Source: an uncultured Chloroflexia bacterium (GTDB taxonomy: Bacteria; Chloroflexota; Ktedonobacteria; Ktedonobacterales; JADMIN01). Taken from it: a DNA stretch of 64,000 nt. The notes under the pieces are model-generated. The model saw nothing but the letters and a program-made list of their open reading frames with translations. It made no database searches and was not told where the DNA came from. Shown here one piece after another: positions 53,936-63,260 of the stretch. Both the position numbers and the translations under genes were made by a program. The first letter of the stretch is position 1. Every line of letters starts with the position of its first letter. The DNA lies in contig CAVQGK010000024.1 in NCBI GenBank assembly GCA_963712005.1, forward strand, positions 1,554,046 through 1,618,045, given 5' to 3'.

Positions 53936-54442
53936 TCAGTGGCCATCCATCGGGCCGAGCCGGGGAATTTCGGGCGCATGGCCGCGCTTGTATACCATGA
54001 TCGTGCGCTGGAACATAATGACGGCGACGCCATCCTGGTTGTAGCCAGTCGTGCGCGCCGTCACGATACCGACGTGCGGGCGTGAGGCGGACTCGCGCGC
54101 CGCAAGCACCTCAGATTGCGAGTAGATCGTGTCACCCTCGAAGACGGGCTGTGGCAGCCGCACGTCGTCCCAGCCGAGGTTAGCGAAGACGTTCTGCGAG
54201 ATGTCGGTGACGCTCTGGCCGGTCACCAGCGCCAGCGTGAAGGTCGAGTCCACCAGCGGCCTCCCGAACGCGGTCTGCGCCGCGTAGTGATGGTCGAAGT
54301 GGATTGGGGTGGTGTTCTGGGTGAGCAGCGTGAACTACAGGTTGTCAGTTGTAGTGACCGTGCGCCCCAGCGGGTGCTGGTAGACATCGCCAACAGTGAA
54401 GTCCTCGAAGAAGCGTCCGCGCCAGCCTTCTTTGATCGCCAT
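53936..54442 (-). pseudogene. MaoC-like dehydratase with an in-frame amber codon
   Basis: MAIKEGWRGRFFEDF..TTDNL-TAG-FTLLTQNTTPIHFD..FEGDTIY. The TAG at 54335-54337 sits where homologs usually have Trp. GGAGGAGG RBS. Confidence 0.75.
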
Positions 54443-54499
54443 GATTCGCGCCTCCTCCCCATCTCTTTCGCATCGTTCGCTTTTAGGAGGGTGATACCG

Positions 54500-55563
54500 A
54501 ATCCGCAGGGAATGTTGTAGTCTGAGGGCATGAGACAAGTCAAGGTGGCTCAGCATCTGAGCGTGGAACAACTTGAGCACCGCTATCGCCGTGCCCAGGA
54601 GCCGCACGAGCGCAGTTGGTGGCAGATCCTCTGGTTGCTGGCACGCGGTCAGACGGCGCGTCAGGTGGCCGAGAGTACAAGCTACTCCGCCTATTGGATT
54701 GGGCAACTCGCGCAGCGCTACAACCGATACGGACCAGACGCAATGCGCAATCGACAACGTTTCTCCTCGGGTGGCTCGTATCGACGCCCGAGGTTGCTCT
54801 CGGCGGAACAGCAGGATGAGTTGCGCCAGGCGCTCGCTGGACCGCCGCCCGGAGGAGCGGCGGGGGATCTGTGGACGGCGCGGGCGGTCGCCGCGTGGAT
54901 GAGTACGCGCTTGGGCCGTGCTGTCGCCATCCAGCGGGGCTGGGACTACTTGCAGCGCCTGCAGTACAGTCCGCAAGTGCCGCGGCCTCGCCACACCCAG
55001 GCGGACCCGGAGATCCAAGCCGCCTTCAAAAAAACCTCCGCTCCCTCCTGAGGAGCGTGGCAGACGCCTTTCCGCAGGCCGCGGTCGAACTCTGGGCAAC
55101 CGATGAACATCGCATTGGCCTCAAACCGATTTTGCGGCGGGTGTGGGCGCCACGCGGACAGCGGCCAGTGGCTCCGGTTCAACATCGTTACGCCTGGCGC
55201 TACCTGGTGGGCTTTGTCCATCCCGCCTCAGGTCGTACGGTGTTTCATCTGGCGACCACGGTCAGCATCGCGCTCTTTGAGGTGGAGTTGGCCGAATTCG
55301 CCCGTCAAGTCGGTGCGGGACCCCGCAAAGAAATCGTCCTCGTCCTTGACCGTGCCGGCTGGCACCGTAGCGTCAAGGTACGCGTCCCCGAGCACGTCCA
55401 CTTGCTGTTCTTGCCCGCCTACTCGCCCGAGCTCCAGCCCGCCGAGCATCTCTGGCCGCTCACCAACACGGTGCTGGCCAATCGCCACTTCGCCTCGCTC
55501 GACGACCTTGTTCCGCTGGTGGCCCCAACGCATTCGGAGACGACAAGGACCCAGACAGAACTA
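54500..55563 (+). mobile_element. IS630-family insertion sequence (copy 1), two-ORF transposase with an A7 slippery run
   Basis: orfA 54530..55051 (HTH). The DDE part in the -1 frame has LWATDEHRIGL and FLPAYSPELQPAEHLW. A7 run at 55028-55034. The C-terminus appears shortened. Ends are not defined. Confidence 0.75.
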
Positions 55564-56587
55564 GAGCAACTTTCACTGTGTTTGAGCAGGCAGGGCGTAG
55601 CCGGCGTGAGCGAACCAGGCACTCGCGTCCGCGGGCGTGATCGCGTCGAGCGCCAGCCGCACCGCCTCCCCTAACGCCTCATGGGTGCGAGCGCCCAGTC
55701 CGCGCAAGATAGCCTTGAGCTTCGAGAATGCCTGCTCAATCGGGGTGAAGTCTGGCGAGTAGGGCGGGAGAAAGAGCAAGTCGCAGCCGCGCGCGGCCAG
55801 CGCTTGCCGAATGCTGGCGGCTTTGTGCACACTCAAGTTATCGAGTACGACGACTTGCCCCGGTCGCAGCGTTGGCCCCAGTTGCTCGCTGATGTACCAG
55901 GCAAAGGTCGGTGTTATTCATCGCTCCCTCAATCAGCCACGGTTCGCGCAGCCCCTCTGGCGTGAGGGCCGCCACCAACGTCGTATTCTTGCCATGATTG
56001 CGTGGTACCGATCCGGTTGCCCGCTGGTCATGTGGCGCCCAGCCATAGAGCCGGATCAAGGACGTGTGGGTACCACTTTCGTCGACGAAAACGAACTGCG
56101 CGGGGTCGAGGGAGGCGACCGCCGCCCGCCAGGCTGCGCGTGCCGTCTCGTCACGCACGGCACGGCTGCCAGTGTCTTTTTTTATGCGTCCACCCGAGCC
56201 GGCGCACGGTCCGCCACATGGTGGCTTCACTCAGCTGCTGGCCAGAGTGCTCGGCCCACCAGGCGCAGTGCTCCAGCACGGTGGCATCGGGTGCGGTCTG
56301 CAGCCGAGCCAACACGAGCGCTTCCTGCTCGCGACGGATCGCGCGCGGGCGGCCAGGACTCAGGCGGTGCTCCAGGGAGCCGGTCGTGCGCTGCTGCACC
56401 ACGGCGCGTTTCACCGTCGTCACCGCCACCTCAAAGCGGCGCGCGACTTCTCGCATGGGCAGACCGTGTGCCATCATTGGCCACCGCGCGCACCAAGCGT
56501 TCTTTCAGATCGGTCGAATAGGCACGCATGCCCCGCTATGCCGCATATTCCGTGCCTCCATCTGCCGCTGCTTTTCGCAAGTTGCTC
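55564..56587 (-). mobile_element. IS630-family insertion sequence (copy 2), degraded transposase
   Basis: 9-bp terminal inverted repeats GAGCAACTT (55564-55572) / AAGTTGCTC (56579-56587), each flanked by TA. Transposase pieces MRAYSTDLKERL, PMREVARRFEV, FVDESG, FLPPYSPDFTPIEQAF lie in at least 4 frames. Confidence 0.8.
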
Positions 56588-57024
56588 TAGTATCATCATT
56601 GCGTAGATGAACTCGAGCGTCTTCGACGCAAGCATGCCCGTGTGGCTGGGTGTATCCCTGATGGTGAATATGCGAAAAGGGCGAACTGATTATGTTCCCA
56701 TGCATGACATGTGGACTCCACTGATAGATGCAGTATAGTGTACATCCTTCTACACTGCAACCTTTGTAATCACTCTACCAAATACGATCAAGAATCACAT
56801 ATGGCATACCCTTTTCATTCATTGAGAATGTTACGGGCAATGCCCCTGTCAACCTGAACGTGTCGTTTCCAACTGGATGCTGGTCAGTGCGCGATACAAA
56901 AGGCGGGCGCTGTAAGAACGCTCGAAATGCATCGTTGTCATCAATGCAAGGCTACGCATCCGGCGCGTATGCTATAGTGTGGACGATCTAACCGGCGGCG
57001 CGACTGCTAGCGAGGGAGCGGCGT

Positions 57025-57537
57025 ATGCCTGTTTCGGTTGCCAATTCCCAATTGATCTACGACGCGCTCAAAGCATGTGATGTCAGGATGGTCTCCGCTC
57101 TGCCCGAGACCTGGCTGGTTCATCTCATCCGTATGGCCGAGGAAGACCCCGAGATGACCCTGGTGCGCGTTGCCAAGGAGGAGGAGGCGATTGGCGTCTC
57201 CGCAGGCGCGCATCTGGCTGGCGTCAGCTCGGCGCTGCTGATGCAGAACCACGGCTTCCTAGCGGCCATCAACCCCATCGTCTCGCTGGCTCTGCTCTAC
57301 AAAATTCCTCTGCTCATGCTCATCAGCTATCGCGGCCACATGGGCGAACGCGACCCCTGGCAGACGCAGGGCGGCATGGTGACGGAGCCGGTTCTGCGGG
57401 CGCTGGGCATCCCCATCTGGACCCTGGCGGACCCACGTGACATCCAGCGCCGACTCAGGGACGCGCAGACGCTGGCGCATGCGGCGCTCACGCCGGTCGC
57501 GGTGCTGCTGACCCGCGAGCTGATGTGGGAGGAGTAG
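57025..57537 (+). CDS. TPP-dependent decarboxylase, alpha (N-terminal domain) subunit, sulfopyruvate/phosphonopyruvate-decarboxylase-like
   Basis: GAGGGAG RBS. VSALPETWLVHL, KEEEAIGVSAGAHLAG, ALLMQNHGF. Confidence 0.7.
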   Translation: MPVSVANSQLIYDALKACDVRMVSALPETWLVHLIRMAEEDPEMTLVRVAKEEEAIGVSAGAHLAGVSSALLMQNHGFLAAINPIVSLALLYKIPLLMLISYRGHMGERDPWQTQGGMVTEPVLRALGIPIWTLADPRDIQRRLRDAQTLAHAALTPVAVLLTRELMWEE

Positions 57538-57543
57538 GAGGCT

Positions 57544-58119
57544 ATGCTACGCGCGGACGCCTTGCAGGCGATTTATCCTGAGTTGGAAGACCGCATCGTG
57601 GTCACCATCATGGGCGCGGTCGCGGTGGAGCTTTACACGCTCGGCCACCGTCCCACCTTCTTCTATCTGGAACATGCGATGGGGCTGGCCTCCTCGATGG
57701 GGCTGGGCATCGCGCTCTCGCTGCCACAGCATAAGGTGATCGTCCTCGACGGCGACGGCTCGCTGCTGATGAACCTGGGCACGCTGAGTACGATGGCGCG
57801 CTACCGGCCAGGCAATCTGCTGCATATCGTCTTCGACAATGAGAGTCTGCTCTCGGTCGGCGGATTTCCCACTGCCACGGCGACGGGGACCGATCTGGCA
57901 GGCATTGCGCGGGCCAGCGGTATTCCACAGGTGGAAGAGGCAGGCACCCCCAAACGGCTGAAGAAGGCCGTCGCGGACGCGCTGGCGGGCGAGAAGCTTA
58001 CCACCATCGTCTCCAAGGTCGAGGCGGTGGGGCCGAAGTCGTTTCATATGGATCTGCCGCTGCTGGAAAACCGCTTCCAGTTCAAGCGCGCGCTGGAGGC
58101 GCTACGGCGGCAGGAGTAG
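57544..58119 (+). CDS. TPP-dependent decarboxylase, beta (TPP-binding) subunit
   Basis: AGGAGG RBS. GDGS..N motif VIVLDGDGSLLMNLGTLSTMA..IVFDNES. Confidence 0.7.
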   Translation: MLRADALQAIYPELEDRIVVTIMGAVAVELYTLGHRPTFFYLEHAMGLASSMGLGIALSLPQHKVIVLDGDGSLLMNLGTLSTMARYRPGNLLHIVFDNESLLSVGGFPTATATGTDLAGIARASGIPQVEEAGTPKRLKKAVADALAGEKLTTIVSKVEAVGPKSFHMDLPLLENRFQFKRALEALRRQE

Positions 58120-58163
58120 CCTGCGATTCGCGCAGAGGAATCAGGCAAGCAAGGGAGGCGAAC

Positions 58164-58958
58164 ATGGCGGACGGGCAGCAGAACAGCGTATTATCCCAGT
58201 TCGTGGAAGAACTCAACGTGGGGCGGATTCGTGTCGTCGATCTCACCACGCCGCTTGGGCCAGAGACGCCGGTGATCGATCTGCCACCGATCTTCGCGCC
58301 CTCGCCGGGGCTGACCCTCACCGAGATATCGCGGTATGACGAGCACGGCCCTGCCTGGTACTGGAATATTCTGCACCTGGGCGAACACACCGGCACCCAC
58401 TTCGACGCGCCCATCCACTGGGTGACGGGCAAGGATCTCCCTGATAACACCACCGACACCATCCCGCCACGCCGGTTCATCGGCCCCGCCTGTGTCATCG
58501 ACGTGACGGCGGACGTGGAGCAAAACCTCGACTTCCTGCTGACACCAGAGCGCGTCCAGCAGTGGGAGGCGGAGCATGGGCGCATCCCGGCAGGGGCATG
58601 GGTGCTGCTGCACACCGGCTGGAGCAAACGCACGAGCCGCGAGGACTTTCTGAACGTGCGCGAGGATGGCGCTCATTCGCCAGCATTCTCCAAAGAGTGC
58701 TCCGAGTTTCTCGCCCGCGAGCGCGATGTGTTGGGCGTCGGCGTAGAGACGGTGGGGACGGACGCCGGGCAGGCCGGGGGCTTCGATCCGCCTTTCCCCA
58801 ACCACACGACGATGCACGGCGCGGGCAAATTCGGCATCACGAGCCTGATCAACCTGGACCAGTTGCCGCCCACCGGGGCCGTGGTCATCGCCGCGCCGCT
58901 CAAGATTGTCGGTGGCTCGGGCAGCCCGTTGCGTGTCCTCGCGCTCGCGCCCAGCTAG
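58164..58958 (+). CDS. cyclase family protein (kynurenine-formamidase-like)
   Basis: HxGTHxDxPxH motif in LGEHTGTHFDAPIHW. Confidence 0.75.
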   Translation: MADGQQNSVLSQFVEELNVGRIRVVDLTTPLGPETPVIDLPPIFAPSPGLTLTEISRYDEHGPAWYWNILHLGEHTGTHFDAPIHWVTGKDLPDNTTDTIPPRRFIGPACVIDVTADVEQNLDFLLTPERVQQWEAEHGRIPAGAWVLLHTGWSKRTSREDFLNVREDGAHSPAFSKECSEFLARERDVLGVGVETVGTDAGQAGGFDPPFPNHTTMHGAGKFGITSLINLDQLPPTGAVVIAAPLKIVGGSGSPLRVLALAPS

Positions 58959-58998
58959 GCGAATCGTGGTGCGAAAGGGCGGGGGCGTAGTCTGGACA

Positions 58999-59529
58999 CT
59001 ACACGGTCAATGTATCAAGTGCGAATACTGTTCCGCGCTTGCCGACGCTCGCCAAGACCTTCGGAAGTTCTGCACGCGCCCACAGCAACACGCCGTCCCG
59101 CGCCACGTTAGCAACAAAGAGTTCGTCCCAGCCGGAAAGGTCAGGCGTCGTCAAAATCGCCTGTATCCCGTGGGCTGGAACCTGATGCATATGTTCGCGC
59201 TCGCCGATGGTGTGGTGCAGCGTAACCATCACATCGAGCGGCAATGGGTCCTCGTGCGCTGCGGCATGTACCAGCACCAGCAGGTCAACATCACTTGGCC
59301 GATGATGCGATAATGGCCGCTCCTCATGGCGTGCCAACGACCCAAAGAGTATCAACGCAACGACCTCAGGATGCATGGTTGCCAGGTCTGCCGCGACGGC
59401 CGACAGTAGCTCAGCGGTTCCCGAGTCCAGCCACGGCAGACGTCGCAAGAGATTCGAGGCGTCTATATCACAAGGAGCTGGCTGAACCGCCATATCCTCA
59501 TTGTTATCAGCTCCCAACTCTGTGCCCAT
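58999..59529 (-). CDS. minimal nucleotidyltransferase (MNT-type)
   Basis: LFGSLARHEERPLSHHRPSDVDLLVLV, matching the GSxxR..SDxDLLV motif. An alternative start is at 59493. Confidence 0.65.
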   Translation of the reverse strand: MGTELGADNNEDMAVQPAPCDIDASNLLRRLPWLDSGTAELLSAVAADLATMHPEVVALILFGSLARHEERPLSHHRPSDVDLLVLVHAAAHEDPLPLDVMVTLHHTIGEREHMHQVPAHGIQAILTTPDLSGWDELFVANVARDGVLLWARAELPKVLASVGKRGTVFALDTLTV

Positions 59530-59873
59530 GTACGAATCTCCTGCCAGAGATCATGCGCTTTCTGGACATACGAGGCGTCGGTATGATGTCCGTAGAATCC
59601 ACCCTGGCGTAGACTTTCTAACGTAGTCCACCAGTCGGCTACTGCTGTTTCAGCAACATCCCGTAGGAATCGCGCTAAACCTTCGTGTTTCTCTTTGTGC
59701 TTACTGTGCAGACGCTGACAGCCATACGCTATCCACTCGAACGCAGCGCCCCAGTACAACTCAATCAGCGCCCGTCCATTGTAAGGGCGAGTGGCAAGCA
59801 TGCTCAAGTCACCCGGTTCAGCTATGGAAAGCTCCAATTCAAGCGCTGCGTCACGATGCGCATCACCATTCAT
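59463..59873 (-). CDS. HEPN-like protein
   Basis: All-helical 136-aa ORF with an Rx6H element LRQGGFYGHH. It overlaps the MNT gene start. Lower G+C. Confidence 0.5.
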   Translation of the reverse strand: MNGDAHRDAALELELSIAEPGDLSMLATRPYNGRALIELYWGAAFEWIAYGCQRLHSKHKEKHEGLARFLRDVAETAVADWWTTLESLRQGGFYGHHTDASYVQKAHDLWQEIRTWAQSWELITMRIWRFSQLLVI

Positions 59874-59971
59874 CGTATGATACCTCAGTCTTGTGGTTCT
59901 TGTTTTCGGTAGTCAAGCATATTGGAGTTCTACTGTCTGCAATCGCTCCTATTGCAATCGCAATTACGGCG

Positions 59972-60565
59972 CTATGGCAGTGGGTCAGGCGGGAGTACGC
60001 CGCCACTGGCGACGCGGCTGCGTGGCGGTTGGGATGAGGCTGGTGGCGGGGGTGTGAACTCCGCACCGGCGGCGCACCAGAAACAGAGCATCACCGACCA
60101 GAGGCCCAGCAGGAAGAGTGGCGGCGCGACGCGGTGGACGAGCAGGCCAATGATGAGTAGCAGCGCCAGCGCAATCCCATAACCGGCCATCAGCGGGCGG
60201 ATGGTGACGAAGCGCATCATATCGCGGGCGGTGCGCGAGATGATATCGCGGGCTGGTCGTGCCTCATCCAGCAGCCACCAGAGCGGCACAAATACGATTG
60301 CGGTGAGCACGCCAGCGCCGACGATCAGCAGGAAAAACTGGATGATGCCAGGGAAATCGCCGAAGCCGCAGAGACCGCCCAGCACACAGCTATTGCTTGG
60401 GCCGTAGAGATAGAGTAGATAGCCGATGAGCAGCGCCGGATTGTAGATCGCGGCGATAGCCAGCAGCATCCGTGGCGTGATGTGGCCCACGGGTCGCATC
60501 TGCGCGGGCGTCGTGGCGCCGTTCATTGGCCGGGGATTCGTCTGGCCGTAGGGATCTGTCATCAT
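59972..60565 (-). CDS. 4-TM membrane protein, function unknown
   Basis: The ATG at 60565 lies 11 nt after the upstream stop, with AGGTGG upstream. Four hydrophobic helices and a Pro-rich C-terminus. Confidence 0.6.
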   Translation of the reverse strand: MMTDPYGQTNPRPMNGATTPAQMRPVGHITPRMLLAIAAIYNPALLIGYLLYLYGPSNSCVLGGLCGFGDFPGIIQFFLLIVGAGVLTAIVFVPLWWLLDEARPARDIISRTARDMMRFVTIRPLMAGYGIALALLLIIGLLVHRVAPPLFLLGLWSVMLCFWCAAGAEFTPPPPASSQPPRSRVASGGVLPPDPLP

Positions 60566-60576
60566 CGGCGCGCCAC

Positions 60577-63231
60577 CTATCCCTGGCTTCTTCCGCGCTG
60601 CACCCTGATGGAGTCGGATGTCCAATCAGGCGTTGGCAGCGAGGGGTGGGTGTGTACAGTGCGATGACGCCAGAATGTCGGTGTCGTGCCGCCGGGCAGC
60701 AGCCGCAGCGTCGCCAGCCATTCGCGGTCCTCCAGGCCAAGCGTCACCAGCCCGCGCTGTTTGCTCGTGCGCAGAATGGCGAGCTTATCCTCTTCGCGCG
60801 CCGCCATGAAGACCGAGGCCGCGCGTGGCTGGTCCTCCGGCTGATAGAGAATCACCGAGCGGTCCACCAGCGTATCAAAGAGGCTGTTCGACGAATCGGC
60901 GGGCATGGCGTCGAGCGCGCCACTCAGATAGACCAGATCGCCCGTCAGATAGGGGCGCACAATCTCATGGCAGTACTCACGGATCGGCGGCAGCAGCGCC
61001 AGCACCGGCGAATCCACCAGGCTGGCGCTTATGTGGAGACGGGCGCGTAGCTGAAGCAGTAGCTCGTGCTGGTTGCTGTGCCACAGCGCGCCCTCGATGG
61101 GCCGAATCTGGCGCAGCTTGCTCACGTCTTCCTCGAAGCGCCGCAGCGAGTAGCCATCCAGCTTTAGCCGCCGCCGATTCGCCACCAGAATATCACGCCG
61201 CCCGACCGCGCCGTTGAAGAGGCGCAGTTCGATGCTGTCGGCCTCGTCGCGCAACGTGCGCGCAACCTCGCCGATGAAGCGTTCCCAGTTCGCCAGCCGG
61301 TCCAGAATGCGCTCGGTTCGCTGGCGCAGACCCTGCAGCGCCTCCGCTCGCAACTCATCCTCATATTCATCGCAGCGGTAACGGTACATCGTGCGGTAGA
61401 CCTTGCGCAGATCGGCAAGGGCATCCTCGTGTTGCCGTCTCCGCCAGGCGGCGTAGCCCCATGAGGCAAGCGCCACCAGCGCCACCGAGTAGACGGCGAG
61501 CAGCGGCAGCGAGAACATGCCGCCGCGTGTAGGCGTCGCCAAAATAGCATCCAGAAGCAGCGCCAACATCGGGACGAACAATAATCCGGCGCCGACGAAG
61601 GTAGCCACTGCGGGCCGGTGGCGCTTCATCCAGCGATAACGCGCCGTCAGCCGCTCGATCAGCGCCGCCTCGCGGGTCAGCTCCGGCTCGTCGGGCTGAC
61701 GGACGATGTCAGCCTCCCATGGACCTTTGCTCTCGTCTTCCAGCGTCTCCAGAAAGCGGAGGTAGCGCGCGTTGCGTGCGCCCCGGCCAAGCGTCTGGCT
61801 CTCCTGCTCGGCCATCAGCGCCTGATGCAGACCATCCATGTAGGCATAGGCGCGTTCGACGCCGATGGCGCCCTCCAGCACCTGATCGTTCGCCTTCGTC
61901 GAGAGCGCGCGCTCGGTCTCGTGACCGTAGCGCTCCCATGCCGGTTTGACGACCTCCTGCCAGGCAGCGAAGCCCTCTTCGGCGCGTGGAAGCTGGTTAT
62001 CGAGCGCGGTCGGCTCGTCGGTGCGGGCGGTGATATAGCGGCGCACCACCGCCAGGCTGAAGTGGCGGAATACGAGCGTTCTGGCGGCTTCATCCGGCGG
62101 CAACTGGTGCTCGCGGGAGCGGCGGCGCGAACGGCGTCCCTCATTGTGGCGGAGCGCCGCCACCACGGAGTCGCTATCGCGCATCTCGGCGCTGATGCCG
62201 CTCAGGTAGCGGCGGGCCTCGGCGGCCTCGCGGCGCTGCTCCTGGTCGGAGAGATCGGTGGCTTTTTCCGGCGCCCACTCGTCGAGGATGGTCGCGCCGA
62301 GGCGGCTGGCGCAGTACAGCTCAGCCTGCGCGCGGGGGAAGGTCAGGCGGCTCGTGCCCACACTGCTCATCCGCTCGAACGACTGGCGCACCATGTTCGG
62401 CGTGGCCTGCCGTAGCGTCTCCTCGTACTCGCGCGTGGTGGTGATGCCGGTCGCGGTCAGCACGAAGATCGCCTCCGCCGCGCCATAGGCGACCTCATCC
62501 GGGCCTTCCCAGAAGTGGCCTTTCTCGTCGTGTGTCTCGAAGAGATAGGCGTAGGTCGCCAGCGGCGGCCCTTTAGATGGGCTGAACTGGCCCGGCTGAG
62601 CAGGCATCTCATCGCCCAGGAGCAGCTCGCGCCAGGGCTGATCGGCGACGCGCTCTTCCTGCGCCAGATGCTCGGCGGGATCGTGTGGGTACGTATTGGT
62701 GAGCGCCAGCAACACCCACGACTCGACGCTCTCGCTCCGCATCGACCTGCGCACATCGCGCGCGACATCGAGCAGCAGCGGCGAGTCGGCGGCGGCGGCG
62801 ATCCAGACCACCGCCATCGCCCGGGGCACGCTATAGCCATTCTCTCGGATATGTCCCACGACGGCATCGTCCAGCACGCCACGGCGCACCTGCGACTCTG
62901 GCATCGAGCGCGCATAGTGCTCGTAGTGTTGGCCGCGCAGTCCTTCGGTCACGAGGGTTGGTAATGGGCGGCGGTCCATGCTGATGGGCGTATCGTCGGG
63001 CAGGGGGCCCGGCTGGCTGGCGACGGCGCTGAGGCCCGGATCGTACCACGCGCCCAGCAGCGCGCCGTCATCGCTACGTTCGTCATCAACCGTGAGCAGC
63101 GCGATACCTGCCTGGCGCGCGCCATCCAGCCCCGGCATCAGCATGGAGAGTTGCGCGCCCACCTCGCGGCCACGCTCGCCCACACAAAGGACGATCGTTG
63201 GTCGGAAGCGAATCGGCGTCGAGGTCGCCAC
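60577..63231 (-). CDS. large (884 aa) two-TM protein with a possible degenerate tubulin/FtsZ-like N-domain
   Basis: GTG at 63231 has AAGGAG 6 nt upstream; the ORF track extends to 63429 across a hairpin repeat. IVLCVGERGREVG, LLTVDD, VVWIAAAADSP. Two TM helices are encoded near 61430-61620. Confidence 0.7.
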   Translation of the reverse strand: MATSTPIRFRPTIVLCVGERGREVGAQLSMLMPGLDGARQAGIALLTVDDERSDDGALLGAWYDPGLSAVASQPGPLPDDTPISMDRRPLPTLVTEGLRGQHYEHYARSMPESQVRRGVLDDAVVGHIRENGYSVPRAMAVVWIAAAADSPLLLDVARDVRRSMRSESVESWVLLALTNTYPHDPAEHLAQEERVADQPWRELLLGDEMPAQPGQFSPSKGPPLATYAYLFETHDEKGHFWEGPDEVAYGAAEAIFVLTATGITTTREYEETLRQATPNMVRQSFERMSSVGTSRLTFPRAQAELYCASRLGATILDEWAPEKATDLSDQEQRREAAEARRYLSGISAEMRDSDSVVAALRHNEGRRSRRRSREHQLPPDEAARTLVFRHFSLAVVRRYITARTDEPTALDNQLPRAEEGFAAWQEVVKPAWERYGHETERALSTKANDQVLEGAIGVERAYAYMDGLHQALMAEQESQTLGRGARNARYLRFLETLEDESKGPWEADIVRQPDEPELTREAALIERLTARYRWMKRHRPAVATFVGAGLLFVPMLALLLDAILATPTRGGMFSLPLLAVYSVALVALASWGYAAWRRRQHEDALADLRKVYRTMYRYRCDEYEDELRAEALQGLRQRTERILDRLANWERFIGEVARTLRDEADSIELRLFNGAVGRRDILVANRRRLKLDGYSLRRFEEDVSKLRQIRPIEGALWHSNQHELLLQLRARLHISASLVDSPVLALLPPIREYCHEIVRPYLTGDLVYLSGALDAMPADSSNSLFDTLVDRSVILYQPEDQPRAASVFMAAREEDKLAILRTSKQRGLVTLGLEDREWLATLRLLPGGTTPTFWRHRTVHTHPSLPTPDWTSDSIRVQRGRSQG

Positions 63232-63260
63232 GCGCTGCTCCTTGCTTATAGTTGTCCGAA

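Noticed and set aside
54335-55099. 254-aa minus-strand ORF
   Set aside because: Only its last 36 codons (MAIKEGWRGRFFEDF..) are real, and these are the MaoC N-terminus. The rest is antisense to the IS630 orfA.
56600-57024. TPP riboswitch upstream of the TPP-dependent decarboxylase genes
   Set aside because: No CTGAGA / ACCTGATCTGGATAATGCCAGCG-type conserved elements are visible. The region is simply AT-rich.
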